From: Eledone cirrhosa
Taxonomy: Eukaryota
Direction of reading: 5' to 3'
DNA: 64,000 bases
NCBI GenBank assembly: GCA_964016885.1
Contig: OZ024741.1
Coordinates: forward strand, 27,342,001 to 27,406,000
Shown: one piece after another, positions 42,101-60,100 of the stretch
Layout: each line of letters opens with the position of its first letter
How positions within the stretch are numbered: the first letter of the stretch is position 1
Notes under the pieces: model-generated
Databases searched by the model: none
What the model saw: only the letters and a program-made list of their open reading frames with translations
Told to the model about the DNA's origin: nothing
Position numbers and translations under genes: made by a program

Positions 42101-45100
42101 CATACTAACTACAGAAAACATACTAACTACAGAACACATACTTTCTACTGAACACATACTAACTACTGAACACATACTAACTTCAGAACACATACTAACT
42201 ACAGAACACGTACATATACTAACGACTGAACACATACTAACTACTGAACACATACTAACTACAGAACACATACTAACTACAGAATACATACTAACTACTG
42301 AACACATACTAACTACAGAAAACATACTAACTACTGAACACATACTTACTAACTACAGAACACATACATACTAACTACTAATCACATATTAACTACAGAA
42401 CACATACATACTAACTACTGAACAGATACTAACTACTGAACATATACTAACTACAGAACACATACTAATTACTGAACACATACTGAATACAGAACACATA
42501 CTAACTACAGAACACATACTAACTACTGAACACATACTAACTACCGAACACATACTAACTACTGAAAACATACACATACTAACTACAGAACACATACACA
42601 TACTAACTACTGAACACATACTAACTACAGAGCACATACACATAATAACTACAGAACACATACACATAGTAACTACTAAACACATACAAACTCCAGAACA
42701 CATACTAACTACAGAACACATACTAACTACTGAACACATACTAACTACAGAACACATACTAACTACTGAATACATACTAACTACAGAACACATTCACATA
42801 CTAACTACTGAACACATGCTAACTACAAAACATACTAACTACTGAACACATACTAACTACTGAACACATACTAACTACAGAACACATACTAACTACAGAA
42901 CACATACTAACTACTGAACACATTCTAACTACAGAACACATACTAACTACTGAACACATACTAACTACAGAACACATACACATACTAACTACTGAACACA
43001 TACTAACTACAGAACACATACTAACTACTGAACACATACTAACTACAGAACCCATACTAACTACAGAACAAATTCTAACTACAGAACACATTCTAACTAC
43101 AGAACACATACTAACTACAGAACACAAACTAACTACAGAACTCATACACATACTAACTACTGAACACATACTAACTACTGAACACATACTAACTACAGAA
43201 CACATCATACTAACTACTGAACACATACTAATGACAGAACACATAGTAACTACAGAACACATACTAACTACAGAACACATACACATACTAACTACTGAAC
43301 ACATACTAACTACAGAACACATTCTAAATACAGAACACATACTAACTACAGAAAACATACTAACTACAGAACACATACACATACTAACTACTAAACATAC
43401 TAACTCCAGAACACATACTAACTACTGAACAGATACTAACTACAGAACACGTACATACTAACTACTGAACACATACTAACTACTGAACACATACTAACTA
43501 CAGAACACATGCTAACTACATAACACATACTAACTGCAGAATACATACTAACTACATAACACACACACATTCTAACTACAGAACACTTACTAACTACAAA
43601 ACACTCACACATACTAACTACAGAACACACACACATACTAACTACTGAAGACATACATACTAACTACAGAACACATACATACTAACTACTGAACACATAC
43701 TAACTACAGAACACATACAAACTACAGAACACTTACTAACTACTGAACACATACTAACTACAGAACACATACTAACTACAGAGCACATACTAACTACAGA
43801 ACACTTACTAACTACTGAACAGATACTAACTACAGAACACTTACTAACTACTGAACACATACTAACTACAGAACACTTACTAACTACAGAAGACACACAC
43901 ATACTAACTACAGAACACATACTAACTACAGAACACTTACTAACTACAGAACACTTACTAACTACAGAACACATACTAACTACAGAACACATACTAATTA
44001 CAGAACACATACTAACTACAGAACACATACTAACTACAGAACACATAATAACTACAGAACACTTACTAACTACTGAACACATACTAACTACAGAACACTT
44101 ACTAACTACAGAACACTTACTAACTACTGAACACATACTAACTACAGAACACTTACTAACTACAGAACACACACACATACTAACTACCGAACACTTACTA
44201 ACTACAGAACACACACACATTCTAACTACAGAGCACATGCTGACTACAGAACACATACTAACTACAGAACACTTACTACCTACAGAACACTTACTAACTA
44301 CTGAACACATACTAACTACAGAACACTTACTAACTACAGAACACACACACATACTAACTACAGAACACTTACTAACTACAGAACACTTACTAACTACTGA
44401 ACACATACTAACTACAGAACACTTACTAACTACAGAACACACACACATACTAACTACAGAACACATACTAACTACAGAACACTTACTAACTACAGAACAC
44501 ATACTAACTACAGAACACTTACTAACTACAGAACACATACTAACTACAGAACACTTACTAACTACAGAACACACACACATACTAACTACAGAACACATAC
44601 TAACTACAGAACACATACTAACTACAAATCACTTACTAACTACAGAACACATACTAACTACAGAACACATACTAACTACAGAACACATACTAACTACAGA
44701 ACACTTACTAACTACAGAACACACACACATACTAACTACAGAACACATACTAACTACAGAACACATACTAACTACAGAACACACACACATACTAACTACA
44801 GAGCACATACTAACTACAGAAAACTTACTAACTACAGAACACATACTAACTACAGAACACTTACTAACTACAGAACACATACTAACTACAGAGCACATGC
44901 TAACTACAGAACACATACTAACTACAGAACACTTACTAACTACAGAACACTTACTAACTACAGAACACTTACTAACTACAGAACACTTACTAACTACAGA
45001 ACACATACTAACTACAGAACGCATACTAACTACAGAACGCATACTAAATACAGAACACTTACTAACTACAGAACATACTAACTACAGAACACTTACTAAC

Positions 45101-48100
45101 TACAGAACACATACTAACTACAGAACGCATACTAACTACAGAACGCATACTAACTACAGAACACTGACTAACTACAGAACACATACTAACTACAGAACAC
45201 TTACTAACTACAGAACACATACTAACTACAGTACACTTACTAAATACAGAACACTTACTAACTACAGAACACTTACTAACTACAGAACACTTACTAACTA
45301 CAGAACACATACTAACTACAGAACGCATACTAACTACAGAACACTTACTAACTACAGAACTTACTAACTATAGAACACTTACTAACTACAGAACACATAC
45401 TAACTACAGAACACATACTAACTACAGAACACTTACTAACTACAGAACTCATACACATACTAACTACTGAACACATACTAACTACTGAACACATACTAAC
45501 TACAGAACACATACTAACTACAGAACACATACTAACTACAGAACGCATACTAACTGCAGAACACATACTAACGACTGAACACATACTAACTACAGAACAC
45601 ATCATACTAACTACTGAACACATACTAATGACAGAACACATAGTAACTACAGACCACATACTAACTACAGAACACATACACATACTAACTACTGAACACA
45701 TACTAACTACAGAACACATTCTAAATACAGAACACATACTAACTACAGAAAACATACTAACTACAGAACACATACACATACTAACTACTGAACACATACT
45801 AACTAAAGAACACATACTAACTACTGAACACATACTAACTACAGAACACATACACATACTAACTACTAAACATACTAACTCCAGAACACATACTAACTAC
45901 AGAACACATACTAACTACAGAGCACATACTAACTACAGAACACATACTAACTACAGAACACTTACTAACTACAGAACACATACTAACTACAGGACACATA
46001 CTAACTACAGAACACACACACATACTAACTACAGAACACATAATAACTGCAGAACACACACACATACTAACTACAGAACACTTACTAACTACAGAACACG
46101 CAGACATACTAACTACAGAACACATACTAACTACAGAACACATACTAACTACTGAACACATACTAATTACAGAACACATACTAACTACAGAACACATACT
46201 ACCTACTGAACACTTACATACTAACTAGAGAACACATACATACTAACTACTGGACACATACCAACTACTGAACACATACTAACTACAGAACACAAACACA
46301 TACTAACTACTGAACACATACTAACTACAGAACACATTCTAACTACAGAACACATACTAACTACAGAAAACATACTAACTACAGAACACATACTTTCTAC
46401 TGAACACATACTAACTACTGAACACATACTAACTTCAGAACACATACTAACTACAGAACACGTACATATACTAACGACTGAACAAATACTAACTACTGAA
46501 CACATACTAACTACAGAACACATACTAACTACAGAATATATACTAACTACTGAACACATACTAACTACAGAAAACATACTAACTACTGAACACATACTTA
46601 CTAACTACAGAACACATACAAACTAACTACTAATCACATATTAACTACAGAACACATACACACTAACTACTGAACAGATACTAACTACTGAACATATACT
46701 AACTACAGAACACATACTAATTACTGAACACATACTGAATACAGAACACATACTAACTACAGAACACATACTAACTACTGAACACATACTAACTACCGAA
46801 CACATACTAACTACTGAAAACATACACATACTAACTACAGAACACATACACATACTAACTACTGAACACATACTAAATACAGACCACATACACATACTAA
46901 CTACTGAACACATACTAACTACAGAGCACATACACATAATAACTACAGAACACATACACATAGTAACTACTAAACACATACAAACTCCAGAACACATACT
47001 AACTACAGAACACATACTAACTACTGAACACATACTAACTACAGAACACATACTAACTACTGAATACATACTAACTACAGAACACATTCACATACTAACT
47101 ACTGAACACATGCTAACTACAGAACATACTAACTACTGAACACATACTAACTACTGAACACATACTAACTACAGAACACATACTAACTACAGAACACATA
47201 CTAACTACTGAACACATTCTAACTACAGAACACATACTAACTACTGAACACATACTAACTATAGAACACATACACATACTAACTACTGAACACATACTAA
47301 CTACAGAACACATACTAACTACTGAACACATACTAACTACAGAACCCATACTAACTACAGAACAAATTCTAACTACAGAACACATTCTAACTACAGAACA
47401 CATACTAACTACTGAACACATACTAACTACTGAACACATACTAACTACACACCACATACTAACTACAGAACACATACTAACTACAGAACACATCATACTA
47501 ACTACTGAACACATACTAATGACAGAACACATAGTAACTACAGAACACATACACATACTAACTACTGAACACATACTAACTACAGAACACATTCTAAATA
47601 CAGAACACATACTAACTACAGAAAACATACTAACTACAGAGCACATACACATACTAACTACTGAACACATACTAACTAAAGAACACATACTAACTACTGA
47701 ACACATACTAACTACAGAACACATACACATACTAACTACTAAACATACTAACTCCAGAACACATACTAACTACAGAACACATACTAACTACTGAATACAT
47801 ACTAACTACAGAACACATTCACATACTAACTACTGAACACATGCTAACTACAGAACATACTAACTACTGAACACATACTAACTACTGAACACATACTAAC
47901 TACAGAACACATACTAACTACAGAACACATACTAACTACTGAACACATTCTAACTACAGAACACATACTAACTACTGAACACATACTAACTTCAGAACAC
48001 ATACACATACTAACTACAGAACATACTAACTACTGAACACATACTAACTACTGAACACATACTAACTACAGAACACATACTAACTACAGAACACATACTA

Positions 48101-51100
48101 ACTACTGAACACATTCTAACTACAGAACACATACTAACTACTGAACACATACTAACTACAGAACACATACACATACTAACTACTGAACACATACTAACTA
48201 CAGAACACATACTAACTACAGAACACATACTAACTACAGAACACATCATACTAACTACTGAACACATACTAATGACAGAACACATAGTAACTACAGAACA
48301 CATACTAACTACAGAACACATACACATACTAACTACTGAACACATACTAACTACAGAACACATTCTAAATACAGAACACATACTAACTACAGAAAACATA
48401 CTAACTACAGAACACATACACATACTAACTACTGAACACATACTAACTAAAGAACACATACTAACTACTGAACACATACTAACTACAGAACACATACACA
48501 TACTAACTACTAAACATACTAACTCCAGAACACATACTAACTACAGAACACATACTAACTACTGAACAGATACTAACTACAGAACACGTACATACTAACT
48601 ACTGAACACATACTAACTACTGAACACATACTAACTACAGAACACATGCTAACTACATAACACATACTAACTGCAGAATACATACTAACTACATAACACA
48701 CACACATACTAACTACAGAACACTTACTAACTACAAAACACTCACACATACTAACTACAGAACACACACACATACTAACTACTGAAGACATACATACTAA
48801 CTACGGAACACATGCTATACTATAGAACACATACACATACTAATTACTGAACAGATACTAACTACAGAACACGTACTAACTACAGAACACATACTAACTA
48901 CTGAACACATACTAACTACAGAATACATACATACTAACTACTGCACACATACTAACTGCAGAACACATAATAACTGCGGAACACACACACATACTAACTA
49001 CAAAACACTTACTAACTACAGAACACACAGACATACTAACTACAGAACACATACTAACTACAGAACACATACTAACTACAGAACACATACTAACTACTGA
49101 ACACATACTAATTACAGAACACATACTAACTACAGAACACATACTACCTACTGAACACTTACATACTAACTAGAGAACACATACATACTAACTACTGAAC
49201 ACATACCAACTACTGAACACATACTAACTACAGAACACATACTAACTACAAAACACATACACATACTAACTACTGAACACATACTAACTACATAATACAT
49301 ACTAACTACAGAACACATACTAACTACTGAACACATACTAACTACCGAACACATACTAATTACAGAACACATACTAAGTACAGAACACATACTAACTACT
49401 GAACAGATACTAACTACAGAACACATACTGACTCCTGAACAGATACTAACTACAGAACACACACTAGCTACAGAACACATACTAACTACAGAACACATAT
49501 TAACTACTGAACACATACTAACTACAGAACACATACTAACTACTGAACACATTCTAACTACAGAACACATACATACTAACTACTGAACATATACTAACTA
49601 CAGAACACATACTAACTACAGAACACATACTAACTGCAGAACACATACTAACTACAGAACACACACACATACTAACTACAGAACACACACACATACTAAC
49701 TACAGAACACACACACATACTAACTACAGAACACTTACTAACTACAGAACACACACACATACTAACTACAGAACAAATACTAACTACTGAACACATACTA
49801 ACTACTGAACACATACTAACTACTGAACACATACTAACTACTGAACACATACTAACTACAGAACACATAGTAACTACAGAACACATACTAACTACTGAAC
49901 AGATACTAACTACAGAAAACATACTAACTACTGAACAGATACTAACTCAGAACATATACTAACTACAGAACACTTACTACCTACAGAATACACACACATA
50001 CTAACTACAGAACAAATACTAACTACAGAACAAATACTAACTACAGAACATATACACATACTAACTACAGAACACTTACTAACTACAGAACACACACACA
50101 TACTAACTACAGAACACATACTAACTACTGAACACAAACTAACTACAGAACACACCTAGATACTAACTACAGAACACATACTAACTACTGAACACATACT
50201 AACTACAGAACACATACTAACTACAGAACCCATACTAACTACAGAACATATTCTAACTACAGAACCCATACAAACTACAGAACACATACTAACTACTGAA
50301 CACATACTAACTACAGAACACATACTAACTACTGAACAGATACTAACTACAGAACACATACTAACTACAGAACACATACTAACTACTGAGCAGATACTAA
50401 CTACAGAACACATACTAACTACAGAACACACACACATCCTATCTACAGAACACTTACTAACTACAGAACACATACTAACTACAGAACACTTACTAACTAC
50501 AGAACACACAGACATACTAACTACAGAACACATACTAACTACAGAACACATACTAACTACTGAACACATACTAACTACAGAACACATACACGTACTAACT
50601 ACTGAACACATACTAACTACAGAACACATACTACAGAACACATACTAACTACAGAACACATACTAACTACTGAACACATACTAACTACAGAACACATACT
50701 AACTACAGAACACATACTAACTACTGAACACATACTACCTACAGAACACTTACTACAGAACACACACACATACTAACTACAGAGCACATACTAACTACAG
50801 AACACATACTAACTACAGAACACATACTAACTACAGAATACTCAATAACTACAGAACACATACTAACTACAGAACACATATTAACTACTAACACATACTA
50901 ACTACAGAACACATACACATAATAACTACTGAACACATACTAACTACAGAACACATACTAACTACTGAACAGATACTGACTACAGAACACATACATACTA
51001 ACTACTGAACACATACTAACTACAGAACACATTCTAACTACAGAACACATACAAACTACAGAACACTTACTAACTACTGAACACATACTAACTACAGAAC

Positions 51101-54100
51101 ACATACTAACTACTGAACACATACTAACTACAGAACACACAGACATACTAACTACAGAGCACATACTAACTACAGAACACTTACTAACTACTGAACAGAT
51201 ACTAACTACAGAACACTTACTAACTACAGAACACTTACTAATTACTGAACACATACTAACTACAGAACACTTACTAACTACAGAAGACACACACATACTA
51301 ACTACAGAACACATACTAACTACAGAACACTTACTAACTACAGAACACATACTAACTACAGAACACATACTAACTACAGAACACATACTAACTACAGAAC
51401 ACATACTAACTACAGAACACATAATAACTACAGAACACTTACTAACTACTGAACACATACTAACTACAGAACACATACTAACTACAGAACACATACTAAC
51501 TACAGAACACATACTATCTACAGAACACTTACTAACTACAGAACACATACTAACTACAGAACACTTACTAACTACAGAACACTTACTAACTACAGAACAC
51601 ATACTAACTACAGAACACTTACTAACTACAGAACACTTACTAACTACAGAACACTTACTAACTACTGAACACATACTAACTACAGAACACTTACTAACTA
51701 CAGAACACACACACATACTAACTACAGAACACTTACTAACTACAGAACACTTACTAACTACTGAACACATACTAACTACAGAACACTTACTAACTACAGA
51801 AGACACACACATTCTAACTACAGAGCACATACTGACTACAGAACACATACTAAGTACAGAACACTTACTAACTACAGAACACTTACTAACTACTGAACAC
51901 ATACTAACTACAGAACACTTACTAACTACAGAACACACACACATACTAATTACAGAAAACTTACTAACTACAGAACACTTACTAACTACTGAACACGTAC
52001 TAACTGCAGAACACTTACTAACTACAGAATACACACACATACTAACTACAGAACACATACTAACTACAGAACACTTACTAACTACAGAACACATACTAAC
52101 TACAGAACACTTACTAACTACAGAACACATACTAACTACAGAACACTTACTAACTACAGAACACACACATACTAACTACAGAACACATACTAACTACAGA
52201 ACACATACTAACTACAGAACACTTACTAACTACATAACACATACTAACTACAGAACACATACTAACTACAGAACACATACTAACTACATAACACACACAT
52301 ATACTAACTACAGAGCACATACTAACTATAGAAAACTTACTAACTACAGAACACATACTAACTACAGAACACTTACTAACTACAGAACACACACATACTA
52401 ACTACAGAACACATACTAACTACTGAACACATACTAACTACAGAACACATACTAACTACAGAACACATACTAACTACAGAACACATCATACTAACTACTG
52501 AACACATACTAATGACAGAACACATAGTAACTACAGAACACATACTAACTACAGAACACATACACATACTAACTACTGAACACATACTAACTACAGAACA
52601 CATTCTAAATACAGAACACATACTAACTACAGAAAACATACTAACTACAGAACACATACACATACTAACTACTGAACACATACTAACTAAAGAACACATA
52701 CTAACTACTGAACACATACTAACTACAGAACACATACACATACTAACTACTAAACATACTAACTCCAGAACACATACTAACTACAGAACACATACTAACT
52801 ACTGAACAGATACTAACTACAGAACACGTACATACTAACTACTGAACACATACTAACTACTGAACACATACTAACTACAGAACACATGCTAACTACATAA
52901 CACATACTAACTGCAGAATACATACTAACTACATAACACACACACATACTAACTACAGAACACTTACTAACTACAAAACACTCACACATACTAACTACAG
53001 AACACACACACATACTAACTACTGAAGACATACATACTAACTACGGAACACATGCTATACTATAGAACACATACACATACTAATTACTGAACAGATACTA
53101 ACTACAGAACACGTACTAACTACAGAACACATACTAACTACTGAACACATACTAACTACAGAATACATACATACTAACTACTGCATACATACTAACTGCA
53201 GAACACATAATAACTGCGGAACACACACACATACTAACTACAAAACACTTACTAACTACAGAACACACAGACATACTAACTACAGAACACATACTAACTA
53301 CAGAACACATACTAACTACAGAACACATACTAACTACTGAACACATACTAATTACAGAACACATACTAACTACAGAACACATACTACCTACTGAACACTT
53401 ACATACTAACTAGAGAACACATACATACTAACTACTGAACACATACCAACTACTGAACACATACTAACTACAGAACACATACTAACTACAAAACACATAC
53501 ACATACTAACTACTGAACACATACTAACTACATAATACATACTAACTACAGAACACATACTAACTACTGAACACATACTAACTACCGAACACATACTAAT
53601 TACAGAACACATACTAAGTACAGAACACATACTAACTACTGAACAGATACTAACTACAGAACACATACTGACTCCTGAACAGATACTAACTACAGAACAC
53701 ACACTAGCTACAGAACACATACTAACTACAGAACACATATTAACTACTGAACACATACTAACTACAGAACACATACTAACTACTGAACACATTCTAACTA
53801 CAGAACACATACATACTAACTACTGAACATATACTAACTACAGAACACATACTAACTACAGAACACATACTAACTGCAGAACACATACTAACTACAGAAC
53901 ACACACACATACTAACTACAGAACACACACACATACTAACTACAGAACACACACACATACTAACTACAGAACACTTACTAACTACAGAACACACACACAT
54001 ACTAACTACAGAACAAATACTAACTACTGAACACATACTAACTACTGAACACATACTAACTACTGAACACATACTAACTACTGAACACATACTAACTACA

Positions 54101-57100
54101 GAACACATAGTAACTACAGAACACATACTAACTACTGAACAGATACTAACTACAGAAAACATACTAACTACTGAACAGATACTAACTCAGAACATATACT
54201 AACTACAGAACACTTACTACCTACAGAATACACACACATACTAACTACAGAACAAATACTAACTACAGAACAAATACTAACTACAGAACATATACACATA
54301 CTAACTACAGAACACTTACTAACTACAGAACACACACACATACTAACTACAGAACACATACTAACTACTGAACACAAACTAACTACAGAACATACCTAGA
54401 TACTAACTACAGAACACATACTAACTACTGAACACATACTAACTACAGAACACATACTAACTACAGAACCCATACTAACTACAGAACATATTCTAACTAC
54501 AGAACCCATACAAACTACAGAACACATACTAACTACTGAACACATACTAACTACAGAACACATACTAACTACTGAACAGATACTAACTACAGAACACATA
54601 CTAACTACAGAACACATACTAACTACTGAGCAGATACTAACTACAGAACACATACTAACTACAGAACACACACACATCCTATCTACAGAACACTTACTAA
54701 CTACAGAACACATACTAACTACAGAACACTTACTAACTACAGAACACACAGACATACTAACTACAGAACACATACTAACTACAGAACACATACTAACTAC
54801 TGAACACATACTAACTACAGAACACATACACGTACTAACTACTGAACACATACTAACTACAGAACACATACTACAGAACACATACTAACTACAGAACACA
54901 TACTAACTACTGAACACATACTAACTACAGAACACATACTAACTACAGAACACATACTAACTACTGAACACATACTACCTACAGAACACTTACTACAGAA
55001 CACACACACATACTAACTACAGAGCACATACTAACTACAGAACACATACTAACTACAGAACACATACTAACTACAGAATACTCAATAACTACAGAACACA
55101 TACTAACTACAGAACACATATTAACTACTAACACATACTAACTACAGAACACATACACATAATAACTACTGAACACATACTAACTACAGAACACATACTA
55201 ACTACTGAACAGATACTGACTACAGAACACATACATACTAACTACTGAACACATACTAACTACAGAACACATTCTAACTACAGAACACATACAAACTACA
55301 GAACACTTACTAACTACTGAACACATACTAACTACAGAACACATACTAACTACTGAACACATACTAACTACAGAACACACACACATACTAACTACAGAGC
55401 ACATACTAACTACAGAACACTTACTAACTACTGAACAGATACTAACTACAGAACACTTACTAACTACAGAACACTTACTAATTACTGAACACATACTAAC
55501 TACAGAACACTTACTAACTACAGAAGACACACACATACTAACTACAGAACACATACTAACTACAGAACACTTACTAACTACAGAACACATACTAACTACA
55601 GAACACATACTAACTACAGAACACATACTAACTACAGAACACATACTAACTACAGAACACATAATAACTACAGAACACTTACTAACTACTGAACACATAC
55701 TAACTACAGAACACATACTAACTACAGAACACATACTAACTACAGAACACATACTATCTACAGAACACTTACTAACTACAGAACACATACTAACTACAGA
55801 ACACTTACTAACTACAGAACACTTACTAACTACAGAACACATACTAACTACAGAACACTTACTAACTACAGAACACTTACTAACTACAGAACACTTACTA
55901 ACTACTGAACACATACTAACTACAGAACACTTACTAACTACAGAACACACACACATACTAACTACAGAACACTTACTAACTACAGAACACTTACTAACTA
56001 CTGAACACATACTAACTACAGAACACTTACTAACTACAGAAGACACACACATTCTAACTACAGAGCACATACTGACTACAGAACACATACTAAGTACAGA
56101 ACACTTACTAACTACAGAACACTTACTAACTACTGAACACATACTAACTACAGAACACTTACTAACTACAGAACACACACACATACTAATTACAGAAAAC
56201 TTACTAACTACAGAACACTTACTAACTACTGAACACGTACTAACTGCAGAACACTTACTAACTACAGAATACACACACATACTAACTACAGAACACATAC
56301 TAACTACAGAACACTTACTAACTACAGAACACATACTAACTACAGAACACTTACTAACTACAGAACACATACTAACTACAGAACACTTACTAACTACAGA
56401 ACACACACATACTAACTACAGAACACATACTAACTACAGAACACATACTAACTACAGAACACTTACTAACTACATAACACATACTAACTACAGAACACAT
56501 ACTAACTACAGAACACATACTAACTACATAACACACACATACTAACTACAGAGCACATACTAACTATAGAAAACTTACTAACTACAGAACACATACTAAC
56601 TACAGAGCACATGTTAACTACAGAACACATACTAACTACAGAACACTTACTAACTACAGAACACTTACTGACTACAGAACACTTACTAACTACAGAACAC
56701 ATACTAACTACAGAACGCATACTAACTACAGAACGCATACTAACTACAGAACACTGACTAACTACAGAACACATACTAACTACAGAACACATACTAACTA
56801 CAGAACACTTACTAACTACAGAACACATACTAACTACAGAGCACATACTAACTACAGAACACATACTAACTACAGAACACTTACTAACTACAGAACACAT
56901 ACTAACTACAGAATACTTACTAACTACAGAACACATACTAACTACAGGACACATACTAACTACAGAACACACACACACATACTAACTACAGAACACATAC
57001 TAACTACAGAACACATACACATACTAACTACTGAACACATACTAACTACTGAACACATACTAACTACAGAACCCATACTAAATACTGAACACATACTAAC

Positions 57101-60100
57101 TACAGAACACATACTAACTACAGAACACATACTAACTACTGAACACATACTAACTACAGAATACATACATACTAACTACTGCACACATACTAACTGCAGA
57201 ACACATAATAACTGCAGAACACACACACATACTAACTACAGAACACATACTAACTACAGAACACATACTAACTACTGAACACATACTAATTACAGAACAC
57301 ATACTACCTGCTGAACACTTACATACTAACTAGAGAACACATACATACTAACTACTGGACACATACCAACTACTGAACACATACACATACTAACTACTAA
57401 ACACATACTAACTACAGAACACATACTAACTACTGAACACATACTAACTACTGGACACATACTAATTACAGAACACATACTAAGTACAGAACACATGCTA
57501 ACTACTGAACAGATACTAACTACAGAACACATACTGACTACTGAACAGACACTAACTACAGAACACATACTAACTACAGAACACATACTAGCTACTGAAC
57601 ACATATTAACTACAGAACACATACTAACTACTGAAAACATACTAACTACAGAACACATACATACTAACTACTGAACATATACTAACTACAGAACACATAC
57701 TAACTACAGAACACATACTAACTTCAGAACACATACTAACTACAGAACACACACACATACTAACTACAGAACACACACACATACTAACTACAGAACACAC
57801 ACACATACTAACTACAGAACACTTACTATCTACAGAACACACACACATACTAACTACAGAACACATACTAACTACTGAACACATACTAACTACTGAACAC
57901 ATACTAACTACTGAACACATACTAAGTACAGAACACATAGTAACTACAGGACACATACTAACTACTGAACAGATACTAACTACAGAACACATACTAACTA
58001 CAGAACACATACTAACTACAGAACACTTACTAACTACAGAACACATACTAACTGCAGAACACATACTAACTACAGAACATATACACATACTAACTACAGA
58101 ACACTTCCTAACTACAGAACACACACACATACTAACTACAGAACACATACTAACTACTGAACACAAACTAACTACAGAACACATACTAACTACAGAACAC
58201 ATGCTAACTACTGAACAGATGCTAACTACAGAACACATACTAACTACAGAACACTTACTAACTACAGAACACACACACACATGCTAACTACAGAACACAT
58301 ACATACTAACTACTGAACACATACTAACTACAGAACACATACTAACTGCAGAACACATACTAACTGCAGAATACATACTAACTACAGAACACTTACTAAC
58401 TACAGAACACACACACATACTAACTACAGAACACATACTAACTACTGAACACATACTAACTACAGAACACATACTAACTACAGAACCCATACTAACTACA
58501 GAACATATTCTAACTACAGAACCCATACAAACTACAGAACACATACTAACTACTGAACACATACTAACTACAGAACACATACTAACTACGGAACACATAC
58601 TAACTACTGAGCAGATACTAACTACAGAACACATACTAACTACAGAACACGCACACATACTATCTACAGAACACTTACTAACTACATAACACATTCTAAC
58701 TACAGAACACATACTAACTACTGAACACATACTAACTACAGAACACATACTACAGAACACATACTAACTACAGAACACATACTAACTACTGAACACATAC
58801 TAACTACAAAACACATACTAACTACTGAACACATACTAACTACTGAACACATACACATACTAACTACAGAACACATATTACAGAACACATACTAACTACT
58901 GAACACATACTACCTACAGAACACTTACTACAGAACACACACACATACTAACTACAGAATACTCAATAACTACAGAACACATACTAACTACAGAACACAC
59001 ACGCATACAAACTACAGAACACATACTAACTACAGAACACATACTAACTACTGAAAATATACTATCTACTGAACACATACTAACTACAGAACACATATTA
59101 ACTACTAACACATACTAACTACAGAACACATACATATACTAACTACTGAACACATACTAACTACAGAACACATACTAACTACTGAACAGATACTAACTAC
59201 AGAACACATACATACTAACTACTGAACACATACTAACTACAGAACACATACAAACTACAGAACACTTACTAACTACAGAACACATACTAACTACAGAGCA
59301 CATACTAACTACAGAACACTTACTAACTACTGAACAGATACTAACTACAGAACACTTACTAACTACAGAACAGTTACTAACTACTGAACACATACTAACT
59401 ACAGAACACTTATTAACTACAGAAGACACACACATACTAACTACAGAACACATACTAACTACAGAACACTTACTAACTACAGAACACTTACTAACTACAG
59501 AACACATACTAACTACAGAACACATACTAACTACAGAACACATACTAACTACTGAACACATACTAACTACAGAACACATACTAACTACTGAACACATACT
59601 AACTACTGAACACATACTAATTACAGAACACATACTAAGTACAGAACACATGCAAACTACTGAACAGATACTAACTACAGAACACATACTGACTACTGAA
59701 CAGATACTAACTACAGAACACATACTAACTACAGAACACATACTAGCTACTGAACACATATTAACTACAGAACACATACTAACTACTGAACACATACTAA
59801 CTACAGAACACATACATACTAACTACTGAACATATACTAACTACAGAACACATACTAACTACAGAACACATACTAACTGCAGAACACATACTAACTACAG
59901 AACACACACACATACTAACTACAGAACACTTACTAACTACAGAACACACACACATACTAACTACAGAACACACACACATACTAACTACAGAACACTTACT
60001 ATCTACAGAACACACACACATACTAACTACAGAACACATACTAACTACTGAACACATACTAACTACTGAACACATACTAACTACTGAACACATAGTAACT

